From Chlorokybus atmophyticus (lineage: Eukaryota > Plantae > Mesostigma and Chlorokybus algae), in contig RHPI01001715.1 in NCBI GenBank assembly GCA_009103225.1, positions 196,606-260,605 of the forward strand: a stretch of DNA of 64,000 nt, in the 5' to 3' direction. The position numbers were made by a program, and so were the translations under genes. The notes beneath the pieces were generated by a model that was not told the origin of the DNA, made no database searches, and saw only the letters and a program-made list of their open reading frames with translations. Shown in pieces: positions 49,391 to 62,859 of this stretch (position 1 is its first letter; the number at the start of each line of letters is the position of its first letter).

Positions 49391-50234
49391 CATGTTTGCT
49401 TAGGTGCTTATGTGCGCGCGTGTGTGAGGGAAGGGTTATAAGCCGAACACAGTCGATCTGGCTGGACAAGGACGAGCGCGAGTACAGGATTGGTGTGCTT
49501 CTGCAGCACATGGCCTGATTGAGAAGGCTATGAAAAGCGAAGGCGCACTTAATATGGAAGCTTATCGCATGGGCTGGCCTGACGCTCAATTGCAGCCGCA
49601 CAATTGTCAACGATGGAGAAGGTAACCAACTTGCAGCATGCAACTTTGAGCTTGCAAATGAGCACAACTCAAGAACACAACAAGTATGTGTGAGAATGAG
49701 TGCGCGTGTGCATGCGCGCACTCGTACGTGTGAAGCAGTAAAAGAAAGTACAAGCATTTAATAGCAATAGCAAGTGTGCTTGGAGCTTGCATAGAAAGTG
49801 GTAATGCATTCAACTCGGTAGAAGTAGAAGCCTCCAATGGTCTTAGACATGTGCGTGCACCTGCGCATGCACGCGCGCGCTCACATGTGTTTGCTTAGGT
49901 GCTTATATATGCACGTGTTTGTGGGCAGGGTTATAAGCCGATTACAGTTGATCTGGTTGAGGACAAGGACAAGCGCAAGTACAGGATTAGTGTGCTCCTG
50001 CAACTGATGGCGAACCTGATAGAGAAGGCTGTGGAGAGTGAAGGCGGTGCCTCAATGCAACACTTGATATGGAAACAAGCTCACGTGTCGGGAACGGATG
50101 AAGGCAGGTTGTGTACACTCATGAAATGTTGTTCTATTTACTTGATATGGACACACAAAGGGCTTTTAGGATGGAAGGGTAACAAGGGGATTGTTGCCTG
50201 CCAAGTGTGCAGCTGTAAAGGCGACGAGATGTAA
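49391..50234 (+). pseudogene. Tandemly duplicated (period about 495 bp) degenerate intron-plus-exon unit
   Basis: TGTTTGCTTAGGTGCTTAT...GGGTTATAAGCCGA occurs at about 49393 and 49888. Copy 2 encodes GYKPITVDLVEDKDKRKYRISVLLQLMANLIEKAVESEGG, and copy 1 is frameshifted. Confidence 0.55.
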
Positions 50235-52434
50235 GAGCTGCCCCGTAAGAATTGTGCAAGGAGCTGTCATAGCGTAGTACACAAATGGAGCTGCAAGCAG
50301 CTGTAACCCATGTTGTCGATGTCTATGGTATGAATCAATTAGACGACAAAGCTTTTCAAATCTATGTCTGAGAGAGTTGCCAATACGTAACGCGTTGCAA
50401 CCAAAAGCTAGGGTTGTCATGCTATAATTATTGATACCAATTTGTACACACTCGTGCTTGATACAAATTATCACAAGTGCATGCATGCATGTATGCATCA
50501 CGGGGTAAGAGCAATACTGCTACTTAGTGTAGGTAGGCAGGTAGGTAGCAAGTAGGTGGACAACTTGGTGGCTTGCGCGTGTGTTACACTCTTATGCCAT
50601 GCAGTGCATGCCACAATCCATGCATACTATATATTGTACAATAATACTGCAATATTGACAGTAATACTAGCACGGACCGGAATTGTAAAAAAGCGTTTAA
50701 AAGAGTTTGCTTGTAGCCTTCTCCCTGTTTGGCTTGAGCTGAGCATGTTGATAAGTCCTGCACACAGCACACATATTGGGAAGTATATGTGCGCATGCGC
50801 GTTGGGTGTTCAAAGATTAAAGGTGCTGTGCACATGCTTGTGCTTAAGCTTGTGTGCTCGCGCACGTGTGCGACAGCATGCCCTTGAGAAGATGAGTTAT
50901 TCATGCCTCGGCTACCGCCCTGTTACTGTTAATGATCTCAGGCTATATCACAATTTTTAGATGTGTTACACGCTGTCCAAGTCAACCGACCAAGAATGGC
51001 GTATAGATGGTTTTATGAAACACTTTTCCAACATGAAGGAATAATCAACACCATCAGCAAATCAATATAGTACACAAACATAAGCAAGATGGAGACGTGC
51101 AATTACTTGAATCGATATCGATTATATAGTTGGACTCCTTACTCTATGATATCCATGCAGCAACACTCGTGCCAACACCATTGAGTGCTTGCATATGGCT
51201 ACTTGCTGGCTCCCCCGCCAAGCACTTGAAACGCTTACACACCTTATATCGATGCACAACACTCCACAACACTTTAACAACATTTCTACCACCTAATAGC
51301 GGCTATTAGCGTTGAGGGCCTTGCCATCATGGCTTGCTGACACCTTGTTGTAGTACTACAGGGCGTTAGCAAGCCTTTCAAAACAAGTCAGGTTCAAAAA
51401 AAAGCATCGACCAAAGGTAATGGCGCGTTAAGGGCCGACTGCAAAGCCGATTTGTGATCACTAATATGACATTTGTTAAAGAAACAACTCCATGGACCTT
51501 CCCATTTTTAGCGAGTGACCAAGTAGGTGGTGTTCTACCGCAAAACACCACTGCCGAAAAACACCGCAGGAGTTACCCGGCACTGAAGTTGGATTTGAAA
51601 AAAGAAATCTATCCGCTCTATAGAAATTGCATATTAACCTTTGGGGTAAGTTAACTTGCTAATCTATCCCTCTAATCTACCTGCTTAATGTGTCTGTACA
51701 ATCAATGGATACATGCAGCCGGCAACTTCTGCGGTGAGGAATGCCATTCCGAAAGCGAATCTAGCGGAAACGATTGTTGGTGGCGATTGCAAAGCCGTTT
51801 TTTGTGACATATCAGACGTATCAGGGCTCTGTTAAGCTAGCATCTCGTTTGATAATCCAATCTTTAAGCGCCCACGAGAGTGGAGTCTTGCGGCGACACT
51901 CACCATATTCCATTAATTTGAAAGCGATTGCTTTTGCAACAAACAACACAACCGAACGCTGCTGTTAGCAGCGGCTTGTCGGTTGCAATGCTTCAAGGTG
52001 CACCGACTGAGTTTTAATGGTCGTCTTATTGACCTTGATTACGGTTTGACGGGTTGCGTCGCTGCAGGCTATAGCTTGACGAGGAACCCCAAGTTGTAAA
52101 ATTGATGTACGAAAGTGGGGGCGTTACTGACTCCCGACCTAGCCAATAACTCGATGAATCTCGGAGAATGGTCCAATCATGCTCCAAAACACCTGCGCCC
52201 TCGCCGCCTCCAGGTGCATTAACCCGCGCTATGCCATATATGCCTAGCAAATGCTTACTGTTGTCAGCGCATTTGCCTCTATAACTTACAGTTTTCCGAG
52301 CAACTTTAGGCGTGGGTGCTTGTAGAATTATTCAAGTATGGCCAATAAGTCGCCAATATCAATGTATTTGAACCATATCTTACTTGACGCAGCCAAGTCT
52401 AACAATTTCGCGGCCAATGACAGAGCGGTGGGCG

Positions 52435-52479
52435 TTGCAAACATATGGGCTATGATGCGCATAGCCCATATGTTTGCAA
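52435..52479. repeat. Perfect 20-bp-arm hairpin with 5-nt loop
   Basis: TTGCAAACATATGGGCTATG-ATGCG-CATAGCCCATATGTTTGCAA. Confidence 0.9.
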
Positions 52480-54797
52480 GTCTGATTACCCGTGATGCCC
52501 GTTTGAAATGAACAACATAATTAGCTTTGATGCGATAAAATACATTTATATCATTAAACTATCACACACTCACGCACGCACGCACGCACCCACCCACGCT
52601 TGCACACGCGCACACACGTGCCATGCCATATGGCATATGCCACACGGTGTACATTTATGTGTACATACATCATTATATTGTTTGATGTATGACAAATCAA
52701 ACGCAATAACATTTATTGATTTTGCCTTCATTATTAACACCTTAAAATTGATATCATTGATAAACACAGTAGTGGTAGACACTGTTGTAGAGACGCGGTG
52801 CCTATAGAAGTAGCTGCCGAATACTATTTGGCTTGTCACAAAAGTATATGTCAAGCTGGTCGCAAATCTTCTACAACAAGTTTATTTCAATCCCCGCACG
52901 GTCTGTCCATTTTATCACTCGGTCGGCTACTCTTGTTGTCGATAAACTCTGCAGCTCAGATAGGGTCGCTTGGATCAAATCCAATGATTAATCCATCAGC
53001 AGGCACACCTTCAAGCTTTCACTTTGGATTCTTGCAAGTACAAACAATATAGTTATTACATCAGCACCAAATTGCACTGTCACACAAAAAGAACACAACA
53101 ATGGAAAATGACAGTACCAATGCTTGAAATACTCAGTAAACGGTAGTACCACGTAAGGTAGATTCCGCCCTACCATACGCACAAAAATAAACCTAGCCAT
53201 AAAACCGCATCCGTCATTCTCTTCACTATTTGAATCACAGCAAATGGCAGGTTGTCTAGAGTCAAGGAAATTAAAGTTGCTCGCTTTAAAAAACCGCGTT
53301 TTTTACTTAAGCGCATGTTGCAGAGCTTCGCCATCTTGTCTATAAATATACTGCCTTGGTAAGCATCTACAGCACATCATGTGTTTTGAAGATTATTTAG
53401 CAATTAAGTTTATTGCTAAGTATACACCTACCACAACTACTCGGTAGTATGATACTGACTACTCATGTATTGATGGAGCCATAAACTCCAAAGCTCCCAA
53501 GGAACTGCTAAGATTCATTCACATTGCAATATGAACGACCACCGTTTGCCTTACACAACCGATATGACCTTCAATGCTGCCCACTAAAACAGCTCAACGG
53601 TAAGTACAGTGCATCGTTGCAAGCAACAGCAAGAGTGCATGTTGCCATGCAGCTCAGCGCGCGGCGAATGCATTGATGCAGTGACTATACAACCACATCT
53701 TGCACAGCTAGCAGCAATAGCCAAAAGTTACACAACAACACTATAAACAGAAAATAAACTCACACTCAAAGTATAACAGCACGATAGGAGGAGGCTTGGG
53801 CCAGATGTTAAGCGCGACATGGTCACCATCATTCAATTCATCATCCCGCATAGCTCCAATAACCAGGATCTCTTTGACGTTCAACCAAGTTGCGCAAGTA
53901 CTCCTCTGTTTTATCATTAGCTGCCTTTCCCTTCTTGCCATAGAGCTCGTACTCCTCTAGGCCGATAAGTCTGCATTCTTGCAGCGAAGTATATATATAT
54001 ATATAGATAGATCATTATATTGCCTGATGTATACAACACTGATATGTACCTACATGTTTAGCTGAATAATGCGGCGCACCGTCAGCGGCAAAAAGTCACG
54101 TGCAGATTCCACACCGCTGAAAAGACGGACACATGTGTCCACTCTTGTGTTATCGACCACAATTGCAACATCTAAGTTAGAGAAGGACGTAAGGCGGCAC
54201 CTCACTCGCAACGCAGCTGCTGACAAATATTAGCTACTGCATGCGCCAATTTAGCGCTGCCAACCTAATTGTGTCATATCATGCAAACCATGCTAAAACC
54301 ATTGGTATTTTGTTATGTTTCTCCCAATATTCATGCTATTACCAATACTATAACAGAAAACTTTTTCATCGCAATTATGATGCAATCAATGAATTTGCAT
54401 CTTTTGTAAGTATGTACACACACTTACAAAAGCGTGTGCACACACTTATTATTGTTCTGCTGCATGCGGCAGCGTGATAAGGTGTTGAGGCTTAGCAATG
54501 ATCCCGTTGTGGTTGGTCATTATTATTGATGTCACATCGTACAATGTATTATCACATAATAAGTCGTATCTCCATAATATGTTTAAAAATACCGTGAAAT
54601 ACTCGTTTCATTTTTGTCATATTGTATTGGTATTCGTACTTTGTATCGTGCGAATATGGCGCGAACGTGCTTTGCAGCCGCTTCCTTCGTTCATGTCATT
54701 TGCATTGTGTTTAAAGTGGTGGTTGCGCCCGGACCTGGCCATTGTGGCACATGTAGCGATTGCCTGAGCGTTGCTTGCATGCGTCCGTTGAAAAATG

Positions 54798-54836
54798 CTG
54801 GCAATGGTGCCATTGTCACAATGGCACCATCGCCAG
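54798..54836. repeat. Near-perfect nested palindrome
   Basis: CTGGC-A-ATGGTGCCATTGT-C-ACAATGGCACCAT-C-GCCAG. Confidence 0.8.
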
Positions 54837-55160
54837 TTGGGTATGTACGGTACATACCCAACTGCACCGCCATGCAGCGCGTCAACATCAGTATGGCCAC
54901 CTACATGTTAGCCATGGTCTTTAGCATCAATGCATGTCATGTCAATGCACATCACAGTCCGCACATGCATCATATGGTATTGACCACCGCCAGGCTATGT
55001 GCATAAAGAAATGCGATGCAGTATTATGGCATGCATGACACATGCCATATTGGTGTGCGGTTGCAAGAGCATATGCATTAATGTACATGATAATGAAAGC
55101 GTTGCATGTGTATTATCAAATATTTGTACAGAGAGATAGTGGCATGCTTCGGTGCGCTAC

Positions 55161-55202
55161 CATTGGTAATTTGCTAAGCAACAAGTGTGTGTGTGTGTAA
55201 GT

Positions 55203-55236
<34 letters not shown>

Positions 55237-55287
55237 CGCTGCCATTGGTTTTTTGCTAAGCAACAATTGTGTGTGTGTGTGTGTAAC
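55161..55287. repeat. Short direct duplication around a (CA)n microsatellite
   Basis: CCATTGGT...TTGCTAAGCAACAA-(TG)n occurs at about 55161 and 55242, with a (CA)15 run between the copies. Confidence 0.7.
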
Positions 55288-56765
55288 ATATATGCAATGT
55301 TATGCATGTGACCCCATTGCATTGTGAACATGACATGCACACACACACGCACACTTGCACACGCCAGCAAACAACTTCTTACACCACCGGGCTACCTATA
55401 CAAATCAGGTAGCTACTTTCGCTAAGCCCTTGCCCCGTTAGTCAACATGCATGCGTAGTTACCTGTACACAAGTAGAGTCCCCATAGTTAGGCACCGGTG
55501 TGGCTGTAGTTGTGGCAGCAGCACAAAGCAGACGGACTCCCCCTCCCTCTGCTCTCTCGCTCTCTCTCCACCCGCCGCCCTGCTTCTCTCTTGGCAGTCT
55601 GTGTGTGTGTGTGTACAAAAGATGCAAGAGAGAATTGTGTGTATACTCATATATGATGTGAAAACTTGCATGCGTCAGCATGCCCTCAATTAACAACTTG
55701 GGATTAGCTACAGCAGCCTGCAACATGCGCATAACCGGGTCAAGCAGTTAATGAACACCACAATGTGGGGCTGGCGCTTTTCTCAATCAATCCGGAGGTG
55801 GCTGGCAGTGTCATGCCCAATCAACACCATCATCGGTTGTCCTGCTGTCACGTGTGTTGTTCGCAGATAACACACGTGATGATACACGTGACAACACAGC
55901 GTCGACCTCAACGGCACAGGCAGTCGCATGTCATGCTGACATGCTGCACACCAGCCAACCCTAACCCTTACGGCAAGCAGAGCTACCCAATGACGGCAAT
56001 TGCAGCGCGTTGTAGGAGCAGAGAGTGGGTGAAGGCGGCGGTTCGGGGAGAGGGAAGGGAATCCAGTTAGTCTGCTCCTGTTGTCATTCACGCTGCAAGG
56101 GCTGCCGCCAACCACATCGCGGTGCTGATGATGATTTGAACACTTGCATGCTTGTATGACTTACGGGGAGGGCAAGTATAGTAGCAGCGCGTACCCCGGT
56201 GATGGGTTAAGTAAGATGCTGTGGTGGATGTGGTGGTGGTGAATGACACCCCATGCATTGATGTGAATGACACCTCATGCATATGCAAAAACAATGGCAA
56301 GATGATAGCAACAAGCAGCAACATCAGCAGCTACATAGCAGAGCAAGCAACCCTAGCAAGTAGGAGCAATGGCACACAACTTGGCTTTGAAACAGGCACG
56401 GAGGATGCACGCAAGATAACAGTGAGATGGGCCCCATAACTGCACGCTCAAGGAGGGAAGGAAGCAACAAGCCACGGCTCCTTACCTGAGCAAGCAGCCA
56501 CAGTGAGAATGCATGTGGCATATGTAGCATACTATTTCTTGTACACCTAACAATACCACGTAGCAACACTGTTTGCCAATCAACCGATGAGCTAACAACA
56601 GCTACCAACATCCACGAATACACCAACTCAACACAGTAATGCGGCACCACACCTATCCGCTAACTTGAGATTTACCACACACATTAGTCATCAATGCTTC
56701 ACCTAACAACCTACAGCCTGCAAACGCACATACACGGGATGGCTGTCCACGGAGTTGACAATGTT

Positions 56766-59700
56766 CTAAGAAGCGTTTCGCAAATCAAACAAGCGGTGTT
56801 TTTGCTGTACAGAGTCATAATGCCGCAGAAGCTGCGAGAAGTTGAGGTTCGGCTCCGTGCCATGGTCTTCGCCTGGGCTTGTCGCATCACTGACAACATT
56901 TCTGCAGCAGGGGACATTGACAATCACCAAACTTACATGGAGAGTTGCTGGTGACACTGCTATTAATCACAATGCGCACCTTGAAGGTGAGGTGGCCAGC
57001 TCCTTCAGGTGCATGAATGTGTAGGTCGGGATGCTCTTCAAACGCGTGCGTAACATGCGGAAGGCCTCACTCTGCAGCAGCCACACAACGGTCACAATCT
57101 GGTGGCTCAATCTACCCATGCCAGATGCAGCAGCTGCAGCACCAACAGCCAACCTGGGGTAGGAGCATCAGCAACCCGTATAGAGTCTTCATCAAGAACG
57201 GATGTCTGTTAGGCTCCAGCAGCTGCGACAACAAGAGAAACTGAAATCTTTTAGATTGCATAACATCACACTGCTATGCACAGCAGCCATTGTGACGCGC
57301 GTGTTGTGGATATGTTCAAGGTCACTGCTTTGCGGTTTCGTGCATGACTTACAAACAACAAACCTGAAGGCGAAGATATGTGAATGTCGGTGACTCGATC
57401 AGATGCACAAGCCTATCCACCTGCGCTTGTGAAGTAAGCAGGGATGTAAGCTCACAGCCAGACTACCTGGCACGCATGCACGCACGCGCGCACGCACGCA
57501 ACCGATGACGCACACCTGCACGAGGATGCCCACACTGAGGTCAGACTGGCCGCCAAGGCGCGTGATGATGGAGCTAGCATGCGGGTACGCTTGCGCAAGG
57601 AGGCAGAGAGCAATGGCAGCAACGGGCGAGTGACACCAGCACGTGTACAGCGCGGTGAGAAGGGATGCTCCCTGAGCGCTGTGGAGAGACTGTCTCAGGG
57701 CGGCCCGCAAGGGTGCGGCCTCCTCGGACGTGAGCAGAATGATGTTCAGCGCCTGAACCATCACATCCGCAAACTCGACGTTCTCCTCCTCGGTCAGGAT
57801 GGCCGCAAGCTCCCTGTACACGCGCTCAGCGTCCAGCACCACGCAGAACCGCCTCAGCACCAGGCTGCCTCTCTTCTCCAGCAGCAGGCGCTTGCCCTCG
57901 GCGTTCCTTGGCTTGAACTGCGCCAGCAGACCTGTAAACAGTGCCCGAAATATCTTTTCGTCCTGCGCCAGTGCAGCAAGCACCGCCACTGCCCCCAAAA
58001 CAACCTGCAGAGTATGCACACAGAATCGGTGTTACAAGTCCATTGTTGTGGATGTTGATGCTCAGCAAGAAGATACAAGTCTACCTGGTCACTCGGGTCC
58101 GCCAGTATACCCAAAAGTGATGCGAAGAGGTCATCAAGCTTACCGAGAACCTGCACAGTGTGGCTGGCTGTTGTTGTGGACTGCAATGTGTAGTCGCTGT
58201 TGATGTCAAGGTGTCAATGCTTACCTGTTGTGGCTGTGCTTGCAGAAGAGCTGATATCCATTTCATGGCTTCCAGTCGCGTATGCTCCCAATCATGCTTC
58301 ATCTCTCTGAGCAGAAGGGTGCATGGCATCCCACATCATGCTGCAACAACTACCACAGCAACAAGTCCACACAACTAACCTTTGTGCCACTGCTAAGACA
58401 GCCGTGGCGTCGAACTCAGCCGGAGTCAGAAGACACTGTTCTCTCATCTCACTGTTTGTCTTTACAGCCAACTGCTGACAGACAAGACACAATCAGAGAA
58501 GTTAAGAGTGCATGCTTGCAATGATAACTTATGCGATGGGAAAGGCTGAACGCAATAGCCACAATCACACACTATGCACATACCTGTGAGATGTTTTCTG
58601 ATTTGGTTGATATGGACGCCAACAGGGCTCCCAGGATGGAAGGGTAGTAAGGGAATAGCTGCTTTCCTGCCAAATGTACAAACTCGCGCAGCTGCACAGT
58701 TGACAATATGTGAGCGCTGCTTGCCAAGTTGGCAGGGAACAAATGAAGGCCCTGCTGGTAGTCGTAACCCACCCACGTTATCGCTGTCTGTTGCGTGAAC
58801 TCATCAGATGACAAAGCCCTTGACACTAGTGTCTGGGACAACCGCCCATACGCAACGCTCTGCAACACAACAATGCCAGGTTTGCTGTGCTATGATTGTT
58901 GGGCTCAGTTCTGCTTTACACAACACCACCGCACATGGACACTGCAAATGCTGGTAGCAGTACCGGCGCGGACTTGAGTTCTTGTAGAAACTCGCCCAGT
59001 GCAGAATCTGCTTGTAGCCTTATCTCTCTGTTTGAGTCGCTTAGCATGTTGAAAAGTCCTGCGAGTACAAAGCATTGAGTGTGCGCAAGAACGCCCGCAT
59101 GAGTATGAACACCAGCGCATGCGCTGGATAAGAACTGAGACGTTGGTTAAGCATTTGCTATGCCCCTTACCGTCAAGGAAATCGGGCAAGTAAGCCAGCA
59201 TGTTTATGTCCGGCACGCTATCCAAAACAGTTACCCAGCCAACCAGAAATTGGCGCACGTACGGGTTTGGCACGCTGAGACGCTCTCGCAGCACCGGGAT
59301 GAACTTCTCAACACTATCGTACATGTGGTTCAGTTCAACGGCAAACACCCATCATGCATGCAGTGGTTGGCAACACACGCATACACCCAATCAGCACCTA
59401 AACTCTTCACTCTCCGTGACAATGTCCTGTGCATAAATCAATATCATTATTGAGCAGGTGGACATGAGTGCACAGCAGGGTGCTAGATTGACAGGAGGTC
59501 ATCAGAGTTTACCTTGACAAGGCGGTCCAGTAAATGTGCGGCATTCTGCACCATAGGGTCCGCGTCGGCGGAGAGCTTGCACAACGCGTCAAACACGTCG
59601 TTGAAGTAGCGGATGAAGTGCAAGCGCGACACCTGCGATCCGCAGGTACACCTTTTGTTGGCATCTGTGCACGCACAAAACAGAGAGAGCAAAGAACATT

Positions 59701-60686
59701 ACCAAAATAACAACAGACAAACATGCATGATGTCATGTGACTCCTGATCAACGAACCTTTGCTATGTTGTAAAGCGACTCGCATGCGTAATACCTCACGC
59801 GCCCCTCCTGATCCGTAAACAACCGCAGCACGGGTGGCACTATTCTCTGCTAGGACAGCACACACAACTGCTGTGACAACTGTAACCCGAAAGTGCAGTG
59901 CAACAGCGCAAATGAACTGTTTCTCACGTCCAAATAGGCTCCCGACTCATCAGCCAGCCCAACTGTTACAGCCGCGAGCCCAATCAACCCACCCTGTGCC
60001 ATGTTCATGATAAGCAATTGGTCAATATTGATCTGTTAATCACAGGCGCAACGACAGCATTCACCTTGCGAAAATTGGACTGTGGCGAGAATGCGTAGTC
60101 GTTGATCAGGAGGTGCAGTATGCGGTATATCTGGTCACTGTCCCTGCACGCCACGCAATGCTTGACAATGTTCTCCACCTGCCCATGGAATGCAATGCTT
60201 GAAAACAGCAATGTGATCTCTCCACCAGCCAAAGCACTGCTAACATCAGCAAGCTTAGGCCAACAACAACCATGTTCACATGCAGCTTAGTTGGCCAGCT
60301 GTACTACACTCATGCCCACACCAATGCCATACGGCGATAAAACCTTTGTTCATGCATGCACAAGGCAGCGACTAGCCATGCACGGACCAGCAAGTGTGCT
60401 TAATGAAGTGGCATGAACGCAGCAGCGGCAAGCTCACTCATTCATTATGTCAAGCATGGCTGCATGCTGGATTCGTGCGCAATAACAAGCTTGCGACTGA
60501 CTGACGGTCGGCCTCAACCTCGACTGCGGCAGCCTTGCGCTTGTCGTAGAGCTTGTCGCTGAGGGCGCGCAGTAAGGGCGGCGGGAAGACGACAGCTCCT
60601 CCAACTCCGGAAACTCCGCCCCCTCCTACTCCAGCCGATGCTCCGCTTCCACCTCCGCCACCGGGTGGGCGGGGCAACTCCCCCAT
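56766..60686 (-). CDS. VAC14: VAC14 (PIKfyve/FAB1 complex HEAT-repeat scaffold)
   Basis: [26 protein letters not shown]|[95 protein letters not shown] and [11 protein letters not shown]. The last exon reads [17 protein letters not shown]. Confidence 0.95.
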
Positions 60687-62859
60687 CAGCCAGGCTGCGT
60701 ATGCTGCCGCGGCTGCATGGGAGCGCCCCTTCAAAACTCTCACTCTCACTCTCGCTGCCCGTCCGCCCGCCTGTTTGCCCGCCCAGCAGCGCACTGCCCA
60801 GGCAACTCTGAGAACGCTTGCTTCCTGGTGCGCCTTAGGCCTGGCCAACACATGAGGTGGAGGCTAGTACTATAGCAACTTGCCACATTGCATGTTGTGT
60901 GTTAAACACAAGTGTTGGTTGTGCTGCGAGCATCACAACATGGGACATGTGCTTACAGTGCCGCACTGACATGCATGATAATGCATAACTTGTAAACCCC
61001 TCGATTACATATTTCCATTCCAATTATTACACATAGTATAAGAAGAAAATATAACATTACTTGTGATAGCATCACGCGATTGCATAATATGAGATACATG
61101 TTCAACTAAGGTCATTCATTGTGATAGAGTAAAGCACCGCAGGTTACTTGCAATGTGTATATAGATATGTATATATGCACATATAAATATATATATATAT
61201 ATGTCTTTTGTTCACGATAGCAATGTTGAGGTGCTAATAATCATTACTAGTAGTACAAATTAATGTTGTTTTCTAGTATACACATGCCAAACATTATCAA
61301 ACAACATTTTAAAATCACGTTGCAGTTGTTAAAAACATCTGCTTCATATGCTCAAGATATTATTTTACACAAACTTACAACGTTATGTGTGTATGTGTGT
61401 GTGTGTGTGCGTGTGTTGTACATGTGTGTGTACATATTCATATATGTACGTATTGTATCAGTTGTACGTGTACATATTTATGGACATGTTTGTGTATTGA
61501 TATATGTTTGTCAGTTTGTAAGCATATACAAATATACATGTGCATGCGTAATGACATGTAATCGCACATAGTACAAGGTTGTGCTGATACTGCAACGAGC
61601 GAATAAAACACGATGTGCGCGGTTGCGGTCCAAGCTGCACTCACTCATTGTGTGTGCTGCATGCACATCACTATACTTATGTAAAGATGACAATAAGTGC
61701 AACTATGTATACACTTAGTGTAAAAGCTATGTACCGGTATGTTTGAAGGAGGAAGGGGGGGGGGGGCATTGAAAATTGCAGAAAATGATGTATTTCATAT
61801 AAGGTTATTCTCTATCGCATGTTGTATCGATCAACAAAGCCTCAGCGAAATGCATACCTCAGGGGGGGGGCAAGTAACATGTGACAACAATTCATTACTA
61901 CTTGTAGCATTTTGCTTTGTTGAGACAAGTCCAAGCACCCTCAGCTGTTCGCTCAATACTTTCCAAGTCGGTGTTGATGGCATAACTTGGTGGAGTTCGT
62001 GACGGCGAATATCACGCGGCGTCTCTGCCGTCAAACGCCGAGTCAAACGCCCGACACATCCTGTCCGGCGCGTTGCATTCAGCCCTGTCCTTTGCAGGCA
62101 GTCAATGCCATGCAGCTTGCCAAGCTTGTGGGCCACATGCCCTGGTAGTGCCTTGCTTGTGCAGAACGTGACGACGCTGCTGCGGCCAGTCCTGTGCTGG
62201 AGGAAGAGCAGGCAAGGCTGAACTGAGGCGCAGAGCTTGCGTGGAGGTGCCGGCAGGAGAGGTGAGCAGCAGAGACGAACAAGCTGCGGTGTCTTGTCGG
62301 CGTACAATGGCTAGCGTGGTTATTGGGATGTCGTGAGATCGTCACTGCAGTGTTTGTGGCAGTATGTGAATCATACAGCAAGCTAAGTAGCAGTAAGGCA
62401 TACTTGGTGCAGGGGGCAATGGTACTGCTGACTGGTTTGACAAGTAGTCCTTGGCAAATCAACCCTGTTAGGTTGTAACATACTGCATGCAATCCTGAGT
62501 TGTTTCACTGTAACCTGTGTGCAAGAGGCAGCGTTGTTCGTCTGTGCTGATTCTGTCATGATCGATGTAAGCAAGCTTTGAGTGAGTGACTGCAGTCAGA
62601 GCGTATGCTCTCTTGGTGATGATTTGTGCTGGGCGGCCTCTCTGTCGACTTGCATACTGTTCAGCAATCTTGCGTGGAGTGATGATGCTGGTCTTCACAA
62701 ATAGTTCCCTGTTTGCATGCAGCTTTTGCCGGGCATCTCGTTCAGCTGATTGTTTTGGCCAGTGTAAAATGGCCCATGTCACCGGGTATGTGTTGCATGC
62801 CTCTGCGTGCTCTTCACCTCACCTGGTTTCGGCAGGTGTGTTCAGCTGACTAACCAACC

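Noticed and set aside
52435-52500. Helitron 3' terminal hairpin
   Set aside because: There is no CTRR terminus at the expected short distance on either strand and no Rep/helicase remnant.
52800-53200. hAT transposase relic (ILFVLARIQSESLKV...)
   Set aside because: The resemblance is limited to one short helix-like stretch, with no catalytic or dimerisation motif.
61831-62307. Copia-like RT fragment (PRDIRRHELHQVMPSTPTWKVL)
   Set aside because: Only scattered residues match, and there are no other pol motifs or LTRs. It may simply be P450 upstream sequence.
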